Both the position numbers and the translations under genes were made by a program. From Eledone cirrhosa (Eukaryota), in NCBI GenBank assembly GCA_964016885.1, contig OZ024742.1:99510001-99574000 (forward strand): a DNA stretch of 64,000 nucleotides, given 5' to 3'. Below are positions 30,692-44,948 of the stretch, piece after piece. Under the pieces are notes generated by a model. The model worked only from the letters and a program-made list of their open reading frames with translations, was not told where the DNA came from and did not search any database. How positions within the stretch are numbered: position 1 is the first letter of the stretch; each line of letters opens with the position of its first letter.

Positions 30692-30736
<45 letters not shown>

Positions 30737-30789
30737 ACATATATATATTTATATATATGTATGTATGTATGTATATATATATATATATT

Positions 30790-31305
30790 TAATGGAAAAT
30801 TTTAACAGGAACAAAACAGAGAGGCAGTACAACGAATGTTTATTAATTTCACGCTCTTGAGAGTGGGGTGGTGGTGGGGAACGACGTTTCGGGCATAAGC
30901 CCTTCTTCAGGTGAAAAGTGTGTAGGAAGAGAGTTTAAAGGGTGTGTAGGGGAGTGGTGGAGAGACATATAGCAAAAAGGGGGTGGGAGGAAACGGTGGA
31001 AATGAAAATAAAAATAAAAATAAAAATAAAAATAAAAGCATGATCAAAATAAAATTAAACTGGGGTAAAACAGGTGGTGGAAGGGTGTGGGGCGTGTAGA
31101 GGTGGTGGCGGGTGGAGTGGGGAGAGGGAGACGGGGTGTCCGAGCGGGGAGGGCTGAAGGTGGTGTGTGTGTGTAGGTGTACGTGTGTGTGTGTATGTGA
31201 AAGCAAGGGTTGGGGGGAAGAACGGGGTTGCATGTTCGGGAAGAGGTGTTTGTGGGGATATATATATAGAATACAGACACTCACAAACTGGGAGACACGC
31301 ACACA
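30790..31305 (-). mobile_element. PLE 3' UTR remnant with HHR core at 30883-30910
   Basis: Homologous to 19530-19900; same CTGAAGA-agggcttatgccc-GAAA-cg-TC. Confidence 0.55.
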
Positions 31306-31329
31306 TGCTAAATACATTTCATTATTTAT

Positions 31330-31632
31330 CCCGCCGAGGTTAACTTTGCCTTTCATCCTTCCGGGGTCGATAGAATAAAGTACCAGTAATGCATTGGGTA
31401 ATTACTGGCCTTGTGCCAAAAGTAGAAACAATTATTTGGCGGTCGATTGCCAGTATCGGTAGAGGGTCGGACGCTATGCTTTGAAGCATAGAGTTACGCC
31501 CCTTGCCATTCTGAGTTCGAATCCCGCCGAGGTTAACTTTGCCTTTCATCCTTACGGGGTCGATAACATAAAGTACCAGTAATGCACTGGTTATTTGCTG
31601 GCCTTGTGCTAAAAAGTAGAAACAATTATTTG
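31330..31632 (+). mobile_element. Tandem SINE family A (3' half plus full copy)
   Basis: cccgccgaggttaactttgcctttcatcctt.cggggtcgata...gtaccagtaatgca...agtagaaacaattatttgg twice; B-box gagttcgaatcc. Confidence 0.85.
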
Positions 31633-34210
31633 GTTTACTTCTGTTTGTTTCAAAGCACCAATTGGTATTATTTTAACATCACGAATTTAATATGTAACAT
31701 CATCATACACGCATGAAAATATAATTTTCTTAAGATGGTGAATTATTTGAAACACTTGCATAAAGCTAGCTGCAGCTGAATACTCATTAATTTATGTACT
31801 GTATCTCACGATCACCGTTGAAAAAGTGAAAAAATTAATTCAGCTTAAACAGTTTTTCGTCAGGAATCACAAAGAAATTACATATTTCAGATTGAAAATC
31901 TTCCTTGATTTGATTCATCATTTGATGGCTGTAGCGGTATTCGTTCCGACTCAGAAAGTTTTGAGCTCGAATCACACCTAGGACACCTTTGCATTTCCGC
32001 CTTTCATAGGCGATTAAAAATATATCAGTCCTGTACTTGGATCGATCCTTCTTTATATCCCTTTCTCACTTCCACTTTGTCACTCTCTGTTCTTCTCTGC
32101 CAGGTTTATAAGGCCCGAAGGCGCCTTCACGACTCCGGTGCGATTTACAGGTCCATACATAGATATGACACTTCCAGATATATACTAACACGTGTTGCGA
32201 GTTCACTTAAAATCATTAACCCTGTGGAATACTTAAACTTGTTTCTTAACCGCAAGTGATCAGAGATATATGTAGTAAGCAAAAGAGTAGTTCATCACCA
32301 GTGCATTTTATTTATTTCATTTTTGCAAACTGTATGGCATTTTAATCATATCTATTGATATCTGAATATTTTACGGAAAATGTAATTATATCTATAAATA
32401 TTCTGTTGATATTTTCAAAATATCTTGATTAAGGTTATTGATAACTTAATATTAATAAATATCTACTGATATTTTACTGTTATTTCAGCGACATTGAAAT
32501 TATATCTAAAATGAGATTTAGTGATATTTTGTGTTTTTTTATTGATATTTTGATGATATATTATGGATAGTTTAATGATATTTTAATGATGTTTTATTGA
32601 TATTTTGATATTCAGATATTTTGCTGGTGATTTAGTCAGATTTCAGTGATATTTTAATTAAAGTTTAATAATATGTTAGTAATAGATTCGATTCATGACA
32701 ACTGATATATGATATTTAGTGATATGTTATTTGTTGTTATATTTCAGTGACAGTTTAATTGTATTTAATGACATTTAAGTGATAATTATTTATGTTACAA
32801 TGATAATTTGTCATATTTAATGATATTGAAGCGATATCTATTGATATTTAACTTTAATGGAATGGCTGCAGCAGTGGGTATCCCTGGTTGTTCTCTGCAT
32901 CAATGCTTTCACGATCTTGTCCGTGAGGCGCAGCTAAAGGTACATTTTTACAGCTGAATCGTAAATTTTGAATCAATAAAAAATATTGTATTGCGTTGTG
33001 CTAGTGAAATTTAACGATATTAGTCACATGTTAGTGATATCTAGTGATAACGCTGTGATATTTAGTGGAATTATATAAATAGTATTGATATACACTGTCT
33101 CCATTGATATAGTAGAACTGTATTTAATGGTATTTTTAGCGATACGCTAATGATATTTTAATGAAATTCTAGCGATGTAGTGATATTTCGTGATATATAA
33201 TATTATAGATATTTTCTTTATAAAGAGAGATATATAGGGATATTTTTATAGAATTTGTATGATATATGTACTAGACTGAGAGATCAATTTTCAGTTTTAT
33301 TTCAATTTCCCGAGATATTTACCTATGAAACACCTTCTTGGTATATTTGACTTTCCTACCTGATACAAAAGTTACCTATTTATCCATTGATCGAATCTAT
33401 TATCCGCACCACTACATCCACTCCATCTATACACCAGTAAAATAAAATGTCACTGGCATAGCTGCCATTAACAAAATCAACAAGAAGACTAACAACAACA
33501 ATAATTATATATAAAATTATAAATAAAGCAAAATAAATCAAAACGAAACAAAACCATAACAGGGAAATCGAACATTAACAAAACAAAACAATGCAAAAGC
33601 ACAAAGCATAAAGTGTGAATCATTGGTTTTTCATGGTATCTCGTGATCTCGATCAGTCCACCATATTTTCTGAACCGTTAACACGAGGATCAAGTTGTCG
33701 ACAGAGAGAGTTATCTCGTCACACATCTAAATATAGCGTTTAAATCTGTAAAAAGCACTTACACACCAAAGTAGTGAGTTGTAAATAATGCAATGACAAT
33801 GCAGAGAAAATTTACAGAATTGTCACTAACAAACTGCATGGAGAGGAAAAACTACAAAAGCTTTAGTATAAGAGAAATCAACGATAGAATATTGACCGAA
33901 AAATAACTCATGCTTCGATAATAGAAGTAAGCAATATATAAAAGATTAAAAGATCAGCTACATCAAACAAGCAAACAGTCGGATTATATATTGGTTTATG
34001 AAAAATTAATCAGTTATTTGTAGGACATAAGCAGGAGTGTTCAGAGTTATAGCTGACCAAATCGATTGGATACGAATCTAACGTCGGGAAAACCTGCCAT
34101 TACTTCAGTAATAGTGACGCCCCACATATCTAGATAAATTCCCTCCAATAGTAAATTCTAATCCTATTATATTTTATAGACAACATGAATATTAACATTT
34201 CAATGATACA

Positions 34211-34465
34211 GTGTGGTCCCTTTAATTGTAATAGTAAACGTGAGAAGTCAGATTCAATGTTAGAGTCAGGTCCCTTTACTTGTTATAATGACCGCGAGAA
34301 ATAGTTTCTGTTTCAGAGTCTGGTCCCTTTAATTGTAAAAACGACCGTGAGAAGTCACTTTCAGTGTTAGAGTGTGGTCCCTATATTTGTAATAACGACT
34401 GTGAGAAGTCACTTTCAGTGTTAGAGTGTGGTCCCTTTAGTTGTAAAAGTGACCGTGAGAAGTCA
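34211..34465. repeat. 54-bp minisatellite, about 5 units
   Basis: gtgtggtccctttaattgta...gaccgtgagaagtcactttcagtgttaga. Confidence 0.85.
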
Positions 34466-35089
34466 TTTAGCTGAAGTAAAGGGCATGCAAAGCCACTTTC
34501 AATGTCAGTCTGCTCTCCATATCTATGATAGACACAATGAGAAGTTACTTTTAATGTCAGATTAATGAGTATGGTCTACTTGCATGATAGAAAAGTAAAT
34601 TTAAGATCAAAGTTTGGTCTACTTAGTTTCAACGGGACCGACGAGAAATCACAATGGCACAATTTAGACTAAGTATTTTTAATATACACCAAGACAAGTA
34701 ACATGCAGTGGTACAATCTGGTGCTGTTAGCTTTTACATGGACCAGATAAAATCACATTTAAATGGCAGACAGGATGTAGAAGTCATCAGAGAGACCTAA
34801 TACAAACATAAGAGACGTTACATAATTACTAGTTCTGCTAGATATAATGGCCAAATATTCCACATACCACCGGGTGATATCTTAATAAAGAAACGACACA
34901 TTTGTCAAGGTTTTCCTTGATACACTAACCCTGAGAAAAAAGATTGGATAGCGAAGGATGGAACTGTTCATATTATAAGACTGCCAGACCAGAGTTGACA
35001 TGGTGCTAACAACAATAGCAACAAGAGATGGTCGGTCAATTCGCTGGTATTATATTATATACTTAGCATATGTTGTGGAAGCAGATTAA

Positions 35090-35590
35090 AGAAGGCATGC
35101 ACAGAGTAGAAATCAGCTACCCAGCAGGTGTAAATAGACCGGGCTTCTCTTCCTTCCTTTTTTGTACGGCGTGGGACTTTCGAACACATTTCATATAATA
35201 TCATACGGTGATAGTCGCCAGAACATTTTTGCCAGCGCTGTGGTGATTTTCATGTGACCTGACATAGTACCTTTGCTCAAATCAGTCCTGGAACCTACCT
35301 ATATATTTTTCGCGGCTTCCTGGCGGGCTGGTTGGTGTTTGTGTATTTCATCTCTGCCTTGTATAATATGAACTTTACATTAGTTTTTTTATTTCTAATG
35401 GACATTCATCTTTCTTCCTGCAAGAGCATCCTGGATTCTCAGCTGGTTTGATTGTTGCAGGCATCTTGGATCTCATTGAGGGTGTGCAAGAAAAGGATAT
35501 TCTCACCGAATGTCTATTGAAGATTTTACGGTATCTATGTTGTGGGGTGAAGTGCTTATCAATAGGGTCAAAGAATGTCTTACCTACACC
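35090..35590 (-). pseudogene. Decayed PLE GIY-YIG region, same type as 1-654
   Basis: Manual translation VGKTFFDPIDKHFTPQHRYRKIFNRHSVRISFSCTPSM...GCSCRKKDECPLE aligns to IGKLFFRLIEKHFPLQHRYHNIINKNTIKLSYSTTPN...CNCPDRSICPLD; missed by the ORF track. Confidence 0.8.
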
Positions 35591-36368
35591 ACAAGATAAC
35601 CCCTCACTCGTCCTGCTAAATTATTCATGTTGCCATTTCTCTCTGTCACCTATCAACAAACAAACAATGTAAACACATCATACCCATGCTATACAATAGT
35701 CTGTTGAAACGACGAGTTATAAAATCCAAATTTTTTTTTTTTTTTTTGGCATTTTCATATTTTAGGTATTGGGAATTTATTATAGGAGGCTTAGATATTT
35801 AAAATTCTCGCAATATAGCTGATAAGCAAGATTACCCCCCCCCCCCAAAAAAAAAATTGGCATCCGTTGATCTCCCAGAAGTAGACATTCAACAAACTCC
35901 ATTGGTAACGATCGCATTCAAAGGGGCTAATTTTTTTAGATAATTTGCACACAATGCAGACCACACGCAATTTACTTATAGTTAAATTGAGGTTGAGAGA
36001 TCAAACATTTCAGAATTAAATCCCTTGTTCCCGAAATGCGACTCTTCAATTTTTTAAATAAAATATAGTAGTCTAAAGTGTTTTCTGTTCATATTTTTCG
36101 ATTTGCGCCCTATGAGAGGCCAGTTTTGAAGAAGCTCTTCAACTATACAGTGGTGGCCATAACTGAACCCCGAAACCTAAGGTGAAGCATACATGTTAAA
36201 TATATCAGACTTTATTTATACTACATATATATGTATGCATGTATGTTTGCATGTATAAACACATATTAATATATATATGTTTATATAAGTGTATATATAT
36301 ATATATTTATATATATACATACATACCAACTTGCTTATATATGTATATATACACGCACACACACACTG

Positions 36369-36442
<74 letters not shown>

Positions 36443-36796
36443 GCACTCACATGAAATGACACACGCATATAAAGCTTCTTAATATTACATTAATTAATTG
36501 CTTTTCCGTACGATCTTCCTTCCGTTCGTACAGCTGATTTTAAATTATTCAACTAACTTTAGCCGAAGACCAATCAGAGTCACATAATTACTTTCAACTA
36601 GTGACTACCAGCATTGGGCAACAAGAGTGAAAATGATGTTAGCTATAAATGAATTGGTGCGAAAACAATCTAAATAATTCTTTTCCCAAATTCTCTAGTA
36701 ATGTAGGACTGAAAGAGTCGTTCCTCGGCTTGAATCCTATTCAACAATTACTTACGTTTATTGCCATTTAATGTTTCTACAGAATCCCTTGGCATG

Positions 36797-36846
<50 letters not shown>

Positions 36847-36877
36847 ATATATATATATATGTATATATATATATAAA

Positions 36878-36950
<73 letters not shown>

Positions 36951-36985
36951 GTATAAGAACAAAAGATGGTTAAAAGAGTTCCATG

Positions 36986-37056
36986 TATTTTATTATGCGC
37001 TTTTCAAAAACAAATATCATCATGCAATAACATTTGTGTTTTCATCAGATAAAATA
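36986..37056 (-). ncRNA. Type I hammerhead ribozyme (left arm)
   Basis: Mirror of 37205-37275; helix III reads agcgca (one change). Confidence 0.65.
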
Positions 37057-37204
37057 GGAAGACATGATATGAAGGTTAAAAAACACTTGTGAATAGTGGT
37101 TTTAAATCAACATATCAACATATCAACATATCAACATATCAACATATGTTGATTTAAAACTGCACTATTCACAAGTGTTTTTTAACCTTCATATCATGTC
37201 TTCC

Positions 37205-37275
37205 TATTTTATCTGATGAAAACACAAATGTTATTGCATGATGATAATTGTTTTTGAAATGCGCATAATAAAATA
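37205..37275 (+). ncRNA. Type I hammerhead ribozyme (right arm)
   Basis: tattttat-CTGATGA-aaacacaaatgttattgcatgatgataattgttttt-GAAA-tgcgca-TA-ataaaata; perfect 8-bp helix I. Confidence 0.78.
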
Positions 37276-37429
37276 CATGGAACTCTTTTAACCATCTTTT
37301 GATCTTATATATTATGTATACTCCAGTCCTACAAACTGTAGAGTGCTTCTTATCCGATATCTGCATTGCTTTATTGTACTACAATAAAACTCACCTCCTA
37401 CATATTTATATATATATATATATATATAT

Positions 37430-37571
37430 ATAACGAAGGAAATGTGGTAAGGAACCAGGTGGACCATAACGCACCAAAGTACTCAATACTTAGGGTAGTA
37501 GAGTGGATAATAGGAACAATTAAGACCCCGACGGCTGAGCTCAAGCCGTTTCGACGGCTAATTCTGGACGG

Positions 37572-37572
<1 letters not shown>
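37430..37572 (-). repeat. PLE pseudo-LTR 3' end (family of 1780-1886); further fragments at 48725-48815 and 48970-49040
   Basis: Near-identical to 17031-17170; within (TA)n. Confidence 0.85.
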
Positions 37573-37646
<74 letters not shown>

Positions 37647-37968
37647 AACATATATATAGTTGCTTAAGTCTTGCTAAGCAAGCGCAATCATGATAAACAA
37701 TTTTAGTGATAAAGAGCGTCAGGCAACCGGATGAAACAAGGGAGCTTAAACTTCGAGTTCACTGTCTAGTTTCTCCTTAGAACTCTGTTTACATACATGC
37801 GCAAAATGTTCAGTTAATATTTGAATATTTTAAGTACAATGGTATTATAATTAATCATTGTAACATATATGTGCGTGTGTGTAATTGTTTCAGTTTAATC
37901 GGATCATCAGCTGAGCTGTGTGTTTTTCCTTACGTGTGTTTCTGTCTACGTGTGTCTGTGCATTTGTG

Positions 37969-38016
<48 letters not shown>

Positions 38017-38203
38017 TTCAACAACATTGAAATAAATGTATGTATACATCTTCTATAGACACCCTGTTTATATATTTGTATATACATATATATATATATA
38101 TGTATATGTACATGTATATATATATATACATATATATATATGTGTATATATATATATATACACAAACACCCCCCACACACTCACATATATGTATATATAT
38201 GCA

Positions 38204-38326
<123 letters not shown>

Positions 38327-38592
38327 ATATAGACATATATATAAATATATACATATTAGTTTTGTATGTACATGCAACTATATGCAACTATATGAATCTG
38401 TATGTGTAGAGCCTGTGCATGTGTATGGTGATTTGGTGATTTGTTTTAACTTTACACGCACGGAAGAACAAATATATTTTTATCTTCTGACCAAAACAAT
38501 ACAAATACATTAAAAAATAAAAATAGAAAATGAATGGAAGAAGTTTAATGGATAGGAACTGGAGTTAATTCACAGACCATTAATATATGAGT

Positions 38593-38697
<105 letters not shown>

Positions 38698-38757
38698 TAT
38701 ATAAATAAATAAATATATATATATATATTCTATGCATGTGTATTAAGTTTATATGCC

Positions 38758-38803
<46 letters not shown>

Positions 38804-38842
38804 TATATATATATTCTATGCATGTATATTAAGTTTATATGC

Positions 38843-38876
<34 letters not shown>

Positions 38877-38895
38877 ATACATACATATATATATG

Positions 38896-39026
<131 letters not shown>

Positions 39027-39249
39027 CATTTATGAATGTGGGTGGTGTAGATGTGTATATGTTATTTGTTTACATAATATTATTGCTGTAACATTGAAAC
39101 AAATTGTTCATAAAATCTTCAAATCTAGACATATTTCATTTTTTTAGGGTATGTTTGTTCTAATACGGTATACATATATACATATTTATACATATAGACA
39201 TGTATGTCTGTATGTACTCGTTTATGTATATATATATCTATATCTATAT

Positions 39250-39730
39250 CTAGTTTCATGTCAGTTTATTGAAATGTTGGGTTCCGTTGAGCCTCAGGCT
39301 ATTCTGAATGACTGGACCTTTGGCATTACACAATGACGTTTTGTTCGAGGTGTTGGACCAGATCTCAAGGCCAAAGTTTAGTGCTACTCCTTCCAGGATC
39401 CTCTTTATGTATTTCACAGCCTACCTCTCCCCCTTTTATTCCAAGCTGTACAGTTTTAGTTCTTTAACCTCTACCAGTAGCTCATCTCCTCACCGTGGTA
39501 ATCCTCTTGGTGGAGGTTCCTTGGTTTGCTTCAAGCACCGTGGTTAGTTTGACTATATGGGGTAGCCACGGCTGGGAGCAATAATCCAGTCGGCTTATGA
39601 CAAATATCCTCCATACTATCAACAATGTTTCTCGGTCTCTTATCTTGAAAGTCCTCAAGATCTAACCTGCAGGTTTTCTGCACATTATCATCATTTTCGT
39701 GATGTGTGAATGAAACGATGTATCATCTTC
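39250..39730 (-). pseudogene. Decayed CR1-like LINE ORF2 3' end
   Basis: Minus strand ILRTFKIRDRETLLIVWRIFVISRLDYCSQPW...KELKLYSLE*..ER...ILEG. Confidence 0.7.
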
Positions 39731-41638
39731 ATGCCTATACACAAGTCTCGTATCGATTTCGACACGGGGATTTTGATCCCTACTGGTCCGGTGTAGCAGT
39801 TTGACATGTTCGGTGTAGGGCTTGACATGTTCCAGCATTAAATTGCATGTTGTTTTGTTCCATATTTACCACATTCTTGTTGTTTACCAGGCATCTCTTC
39901 CCTCACTGCTTTGCCGGTTTCTCACTTGCGGTTGCTCTCAAATCCTTCTGTGCCTCTGTGTGTTTATTCCTTTTCTTTTTCTCTGTCTTCTTTCTCCTTG
40001 GTCTCTTTCTCCTTGAGGATACAGCTCAGCAAAGCCATGTGTAGCCCTATGAGAGCATAAGCCCTCTCAATTTCCTTCTTTTTCCTCTCTGTCTGTGCAA
40101 AAGTCCTCAAAAACCACGGCTCTTCAAAGTCTCCGCAATTCGTTTATTTGCCGGGGACCCATCAGCCAGGCTCCATCCTATACTCATTGCATTAAGTTCT
40201 CTCTTTGTCAAATTAGTTGTCTTCTATTAAATTATATTTGAATTTCCGCCATGCATGTTTCCCATTTCGCAGGAGGTTATGTGAGTACCTCTGACCTTAT
40301 GAGAGGTTAGGAAGTTGGAGAGAGTGAGAGAGGGAACGAGAGAGTAGGGTGGGATAGAGAGAGAGATTTAGAGTCAGAAGGGTAGTTGAGAGAGAGAGTA
40401 AGGGAGAGAGAAGGGTGGGAGACAGAGAGAGTAAGAGAGAGCGCGTTAACATTCCAAGGAATGATAGGGAAAAGGTGAAGAGTTGGTGGGTGAGAAGAAA
40501 AGCCAGACTAGTTAAGAAGAACACACAGAAATTCAGCAATTTCAAACGAATAAATAGTTATTCGTTTATACTAAGATTATTATTATGGATATAAATACTA
40601 AAAATTTAAAGAAACATGTGCTTAAGTCTTAAACATTTTTTTACAAAGTGCGTGTTCGCTATAGCATCAGTGTAAAAAGAAGAGCCTAATCAATTCACCT
40701 TCAGTTAATGATGAGATAACATAATATATATATCGTATATTTAATGATAAACCCCAAAAAATAATACATACACATATAATTTATACTTAACTTCTACGAC
40801 AAGATTATGAAAAGAGTCAGAGAGACTGACTGATCACATGTCTAACACACAAATATCAGAAAAACCGAATTAGTTGGTTCTAAAATAATAGATAACAAAA
40901 AAATATCATACGGAATATCTATACTCATATTTTACAATGCCCCAGGAACGTGACATTTAAGAAATGAGACGGCTGTGTATAGGATGCTTTCTCGATACAT
41001 ATATATATATATATGGAGAAACATAGGTTGGGTGCACGCAAACAGCTATCTATTCACATATCTATATATACACACGTACATATATACACATATGTATATA
41101 TGCATATATATATATATTCGATATGTGATATATTCGATATGTGATATTTTGTATTGTTACATGATTTACACATTACCGAACATTTTTTCGCTAATATAGA
41201 GGTTATCTCCCTTGCTGGGCACCATGTGCGTGTCTGGCTTAGGGTCCCTTCTTTATTATCGGACGGAACCCGTTGATAAAGCTCTTCCGGTCCACTCCTT
41301 CTCTAGAAGTCTTATATATTTTTTATGTGGGCTGATAGTGAATGGATTAAGGAATTGCAGAAACCCAAGAAGCTAGATTTAACACCCTTCTAGCGGGTCC
41401 GGGTAAGTTTTTTACATTCATTTAAATTATTGATTTATTGATATTTTATTTGAGTGACCCGAATCTTCCTGGTCGTTCTTTTTCGGCTGTACGGGTGATT
41501 TTAGGCATAATCTCTATGTGTTGGTAATTTAACGATGGTTATAGCTCTGATTTATCCAAATTATTGAGCCCTCTGCCACTCATATCGGATATTGTTTATC
41601 GTTAATTCGTGAGCTGATTTTCCGATACTCGATTATTC

Positions 41639-41709
<71 letters not shown>

Positions 41710-42479
41710 TAAGGTAATCCAAGTAGAGGTTACGAGTAATCTGTACAGTGGAGGATTTTAACGTGAGGTGTTGGTTGGCACAAGATGTTTATTTAGACAC
41801 TTACAACAACTCTATACGCAGAGAACTGCACAAAAAATACAGGAAACTACGGAAGCAACAGTTGCGGACATTAACAACAAACCAAAAGAGACTGGATTCG
41901 ATACAGTACATTAACTGTTTGTATAATCACTTCAATTTCCCACATTTATAACATTTGAAAACTATGCGCCAATAGATAATCTAAACCTCTCTCTTATCAC
42001 CTTAAAAGGACACCACATTACAAATCTATCATACCTTATCTTGCAAACATAGCCATTTATCTATCACTAACTGCAATAACACAATTAAACCAAGAATAAG
42101 CAAAATATTATAATTATTTTCATTCTTCACTTTTATTATCATATTCCTTTATCTTTATTACCCATCGGACACGTGAATCCCCAAGTTTATTTATTTTATT
42201 TTGTTTTCATCTTGATGTTTTTATAGCTCAATATAAATACGCCGTACCACTGATTCCAAAATCAGTGTTTTGATAATTTTACTGGTATAAGCAGCATTTA
42301 AATTCAAATTTCACAATAGCATTGGAGATAGCGATTTTAAGACGCATTAGATTACATACTAGCCAATGAAACATATGTTAATGCTTGGAATAAACCCTAC
42401 TGTATAGCTTATCCATGTTTATCTTCATTCATTCATTATATATATATAAATATTCACACATATTTTTCCGCCCTTTTAT

Positions 42480-43275
42480 TCCTGGTAGTAGCCTAAGGGC
42501 AGAGTTCCGCAAGCAAGCCGCTAACGTGTCCCGTCAGAAGCAACCGTCTCAAATCGATCTGGCTTAATTCCCAAGCGAGATTAGCCAATCTTTTTTATAC
42601 TATACAGCCATCTTATTTGGGGTCACCCCTTTGTTTCCTGTCGGTTGATTTTGCCCATAAAATCTTCCAGCGATTCTATCCTGATTAATTCTGACACCAG
42701 TATTGGAGCTGTGATCACTCAATAATGGGAGGTAGCTACTCTACCTAGAGGCAGACACTAATCTCACGTTCTTTGCAGTAATACCTTTTCGGCCATGATA
42801 GTATTCTGTCTGCCATAACCCGCAATTCATGACGATAAATTATGGTTGGCACGAATATGGAATTGAAGATAGCGAGTTTGGCTTTTACACATAGCAAACT
42901 TTTTTCTGATGATTGAATGGTACACCAGCATTACTGCATCCGCATTATTGCATTAACTCCAGCAATACTTGCACTTAATTCAGCCTCCTGCGTCCATTCT
43001 CTCGTGAAATCGGCTCTGAGAAACTTGAACATCTCCACTTGCTTCAAGAGAACCTCACTCACATGTTGAGTGGACCAGTGTCTCAGTCTTTGCAGCACTG
43101 ACTTTCATTCTTGCCGCGCAACAATCGAGAGCAAAGCTATGAATTTCTTGTCTGAGATCACCTTCCGTTGAGTTAAGTAATACCAAGTCGTCTGCAAATT
43201 CCAGACATCTGATCCTACACCCGCCGGTGCTGATACCATATCGAAGTTGGCTGCACATGTCAATCCTATTCAGAA
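42480..43275 (-). pseudogene. Decayed RTE-like LINE reverse transcriptase 3' part
   Basis: [13 protein letters not shown] (FADD catalytic motif), MKVSAAKTETLV, VEMFKFL. Confidence 0.7.
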
Positions 43276-43378
43276 AGATTATACATGTGTATATATTTAA
43301 CTATATGTTTAAGTATATTTATATATATATAATACATATTTATATGTATATTTATATATATTTAAATATATATTTATA

Positions 43379-43424
<46 letters not shown>

Positions 43425-43655
43425 GAAACACACAGATACATGCGGACACACACATATATACATGAATGCATCCGCACCCAACTGTGAGTTAAGGGTGCCA
43501 ACTTCACCGATGTTGCTCAATGAATGACTGGGACAGACTAATTCAGTTTGAACCAGACTGAACCAGTATCAGAGTTAAAAATACATTATGAAGAGAGAAG
43601 AAACATTTAGATATAATTAGTAATAAAATGTATCATACCTAAACTGTTCCTAAAT

Positions 43656-43743
43656 TCCTCGACTACGTAGTTTCGTGGCATAAACAAAAACAATATATCA
43701 AAGATATAGAGTCCTTGCGAGGTCTGCCGACTTATCAAGAGGA
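43656..43743 (-). ncRNA. Type I hammerhead ribozyme, U3:A8 variant
   Basis: Reverse complement of 44346-44433. Confidence 0.7.
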
Positions 43744-44345
43744 TACCTCATTTTACTAGTCTCAAGAACGCGTCTACACGCAAGGACTCTATATCTTTGA
43801 TATATTGTTTTTGTTTATGCCACGAAACTACGTAGTCGAGGAATTTAGGAACAGTTTAGGTATGATACATTTTATTACTAATTATATCTAAATGTTTCTT
43901 CTCTCTTCATAATGTATTTTTAACTCTGATACTGGTTCAGTCTGGTTCAAACTGAATTAGTCTGTCCCAGTCATTCATTGAGCAACATCGGTGAAGTTGG
44001 CACCCTTAACTCACAGTTGGGTGCGGATGCATTCATGTATATATGTGTGTGTCCGCATGTATCTGTGTGTTTCTAAATATATTAATAACTCCCTCTGGTC
44101 GAGCAATCTTTGAAGTGTGGGGACAACTGGAAAGCTTCCATTACTCATACTTCTCGCCTTCTTCACTACCTCTTCTACGGCCTCGATATGAATACCCCCT
44201 CCGCCTCCGTGGTATTTTCTTCGTGGTTATAAGAGGCTTAGCTCTGTTTCTCGACCGTTATATCGCGTGACTGTCTCCCCCTCCGCCTTTTGGGATTCTT
44301 TCTCACGTCGTGTAGACGCGTTCTTGAGACTAGTAAAATGAGGTA

Positions 44346-44433
44346 TCCTCTTGATAAGTCGGCAGACCTCGCAAGGACTCTATATCTTTGATATATTGTT
44401 TTTGTTTATGCCACGAAACTACGTAGTCGAGGA
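44346..44433 (+). ncRNA. Type I hammerhead ribozyme, U3:A8 variant, large loop II
   Basis: tcctc-TTGATAA-gtcggca...tgccac-GAAA-ctacgtag-TC-gagga. Confidence 0.72.
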
Positions 44434-44558
44434 ATTTAGGAACAGTTTAGGTATGATACATTTTATTACTAATTATATCTAAATGTTTCTTCTCTCTTCA
44501 TAATGTATATATATATATATATATATACAATATATTGAGAAACACACAGATACATAAT

Positions 44559-44622
<64 letters not shown>

Positions 44623-44650
44623 CATACATAAAGATCTATATATATATATA

Positions 44651-44714
<64 letters not shown>

Positions 44715-44801
44715 AAGATATATATATATATATGCATATATATATATATGTATACATAAAGATATATATATATATATATGCATATATATATATATGTATA
44801 C

Positions 44802-44948
<147 letters not shown>

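Larger units (their letters stand above)
30203..30700. repeat. Palindrome of an HHR-bearing repeat, centre about 30485
   Basis: Identical ORFs on opposite strands (30138..30341- and 30563..30805+); centre gccgttttcagaaataat-c-attatttctgaagacggc. Confidence 0.9.
36946..37318. repeat. Palindrome of HHR repeat (family of 22490-22620) with (CAACATAT)5 centre
   Basis: Arms about 36946-37115 and 37140-37318. Confidence 0.9.
43420..44505. mobile_element. Non-coding HHR cassette: inverted copy plus 591-bp tandem unit, in (TA)n
   Basis: 43420-43779 is inverted to 43780-44075 and 44310-44505; gcaaggactct recurs 591 bp apart. Confidence 0.8.

Noticed and set aside
32330-33250. GATATT-rich tract (similarly 12480-12900 TACAC-rich and 60400-60860 AAC-rich)
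   Set aside because: Degenerate simple repeats without defined unit or structure
34211-34465. CRISPR-like periodicity
   Set aside because: Whole unit repeats with no unique spacers, no cas genes, eukaryotic context
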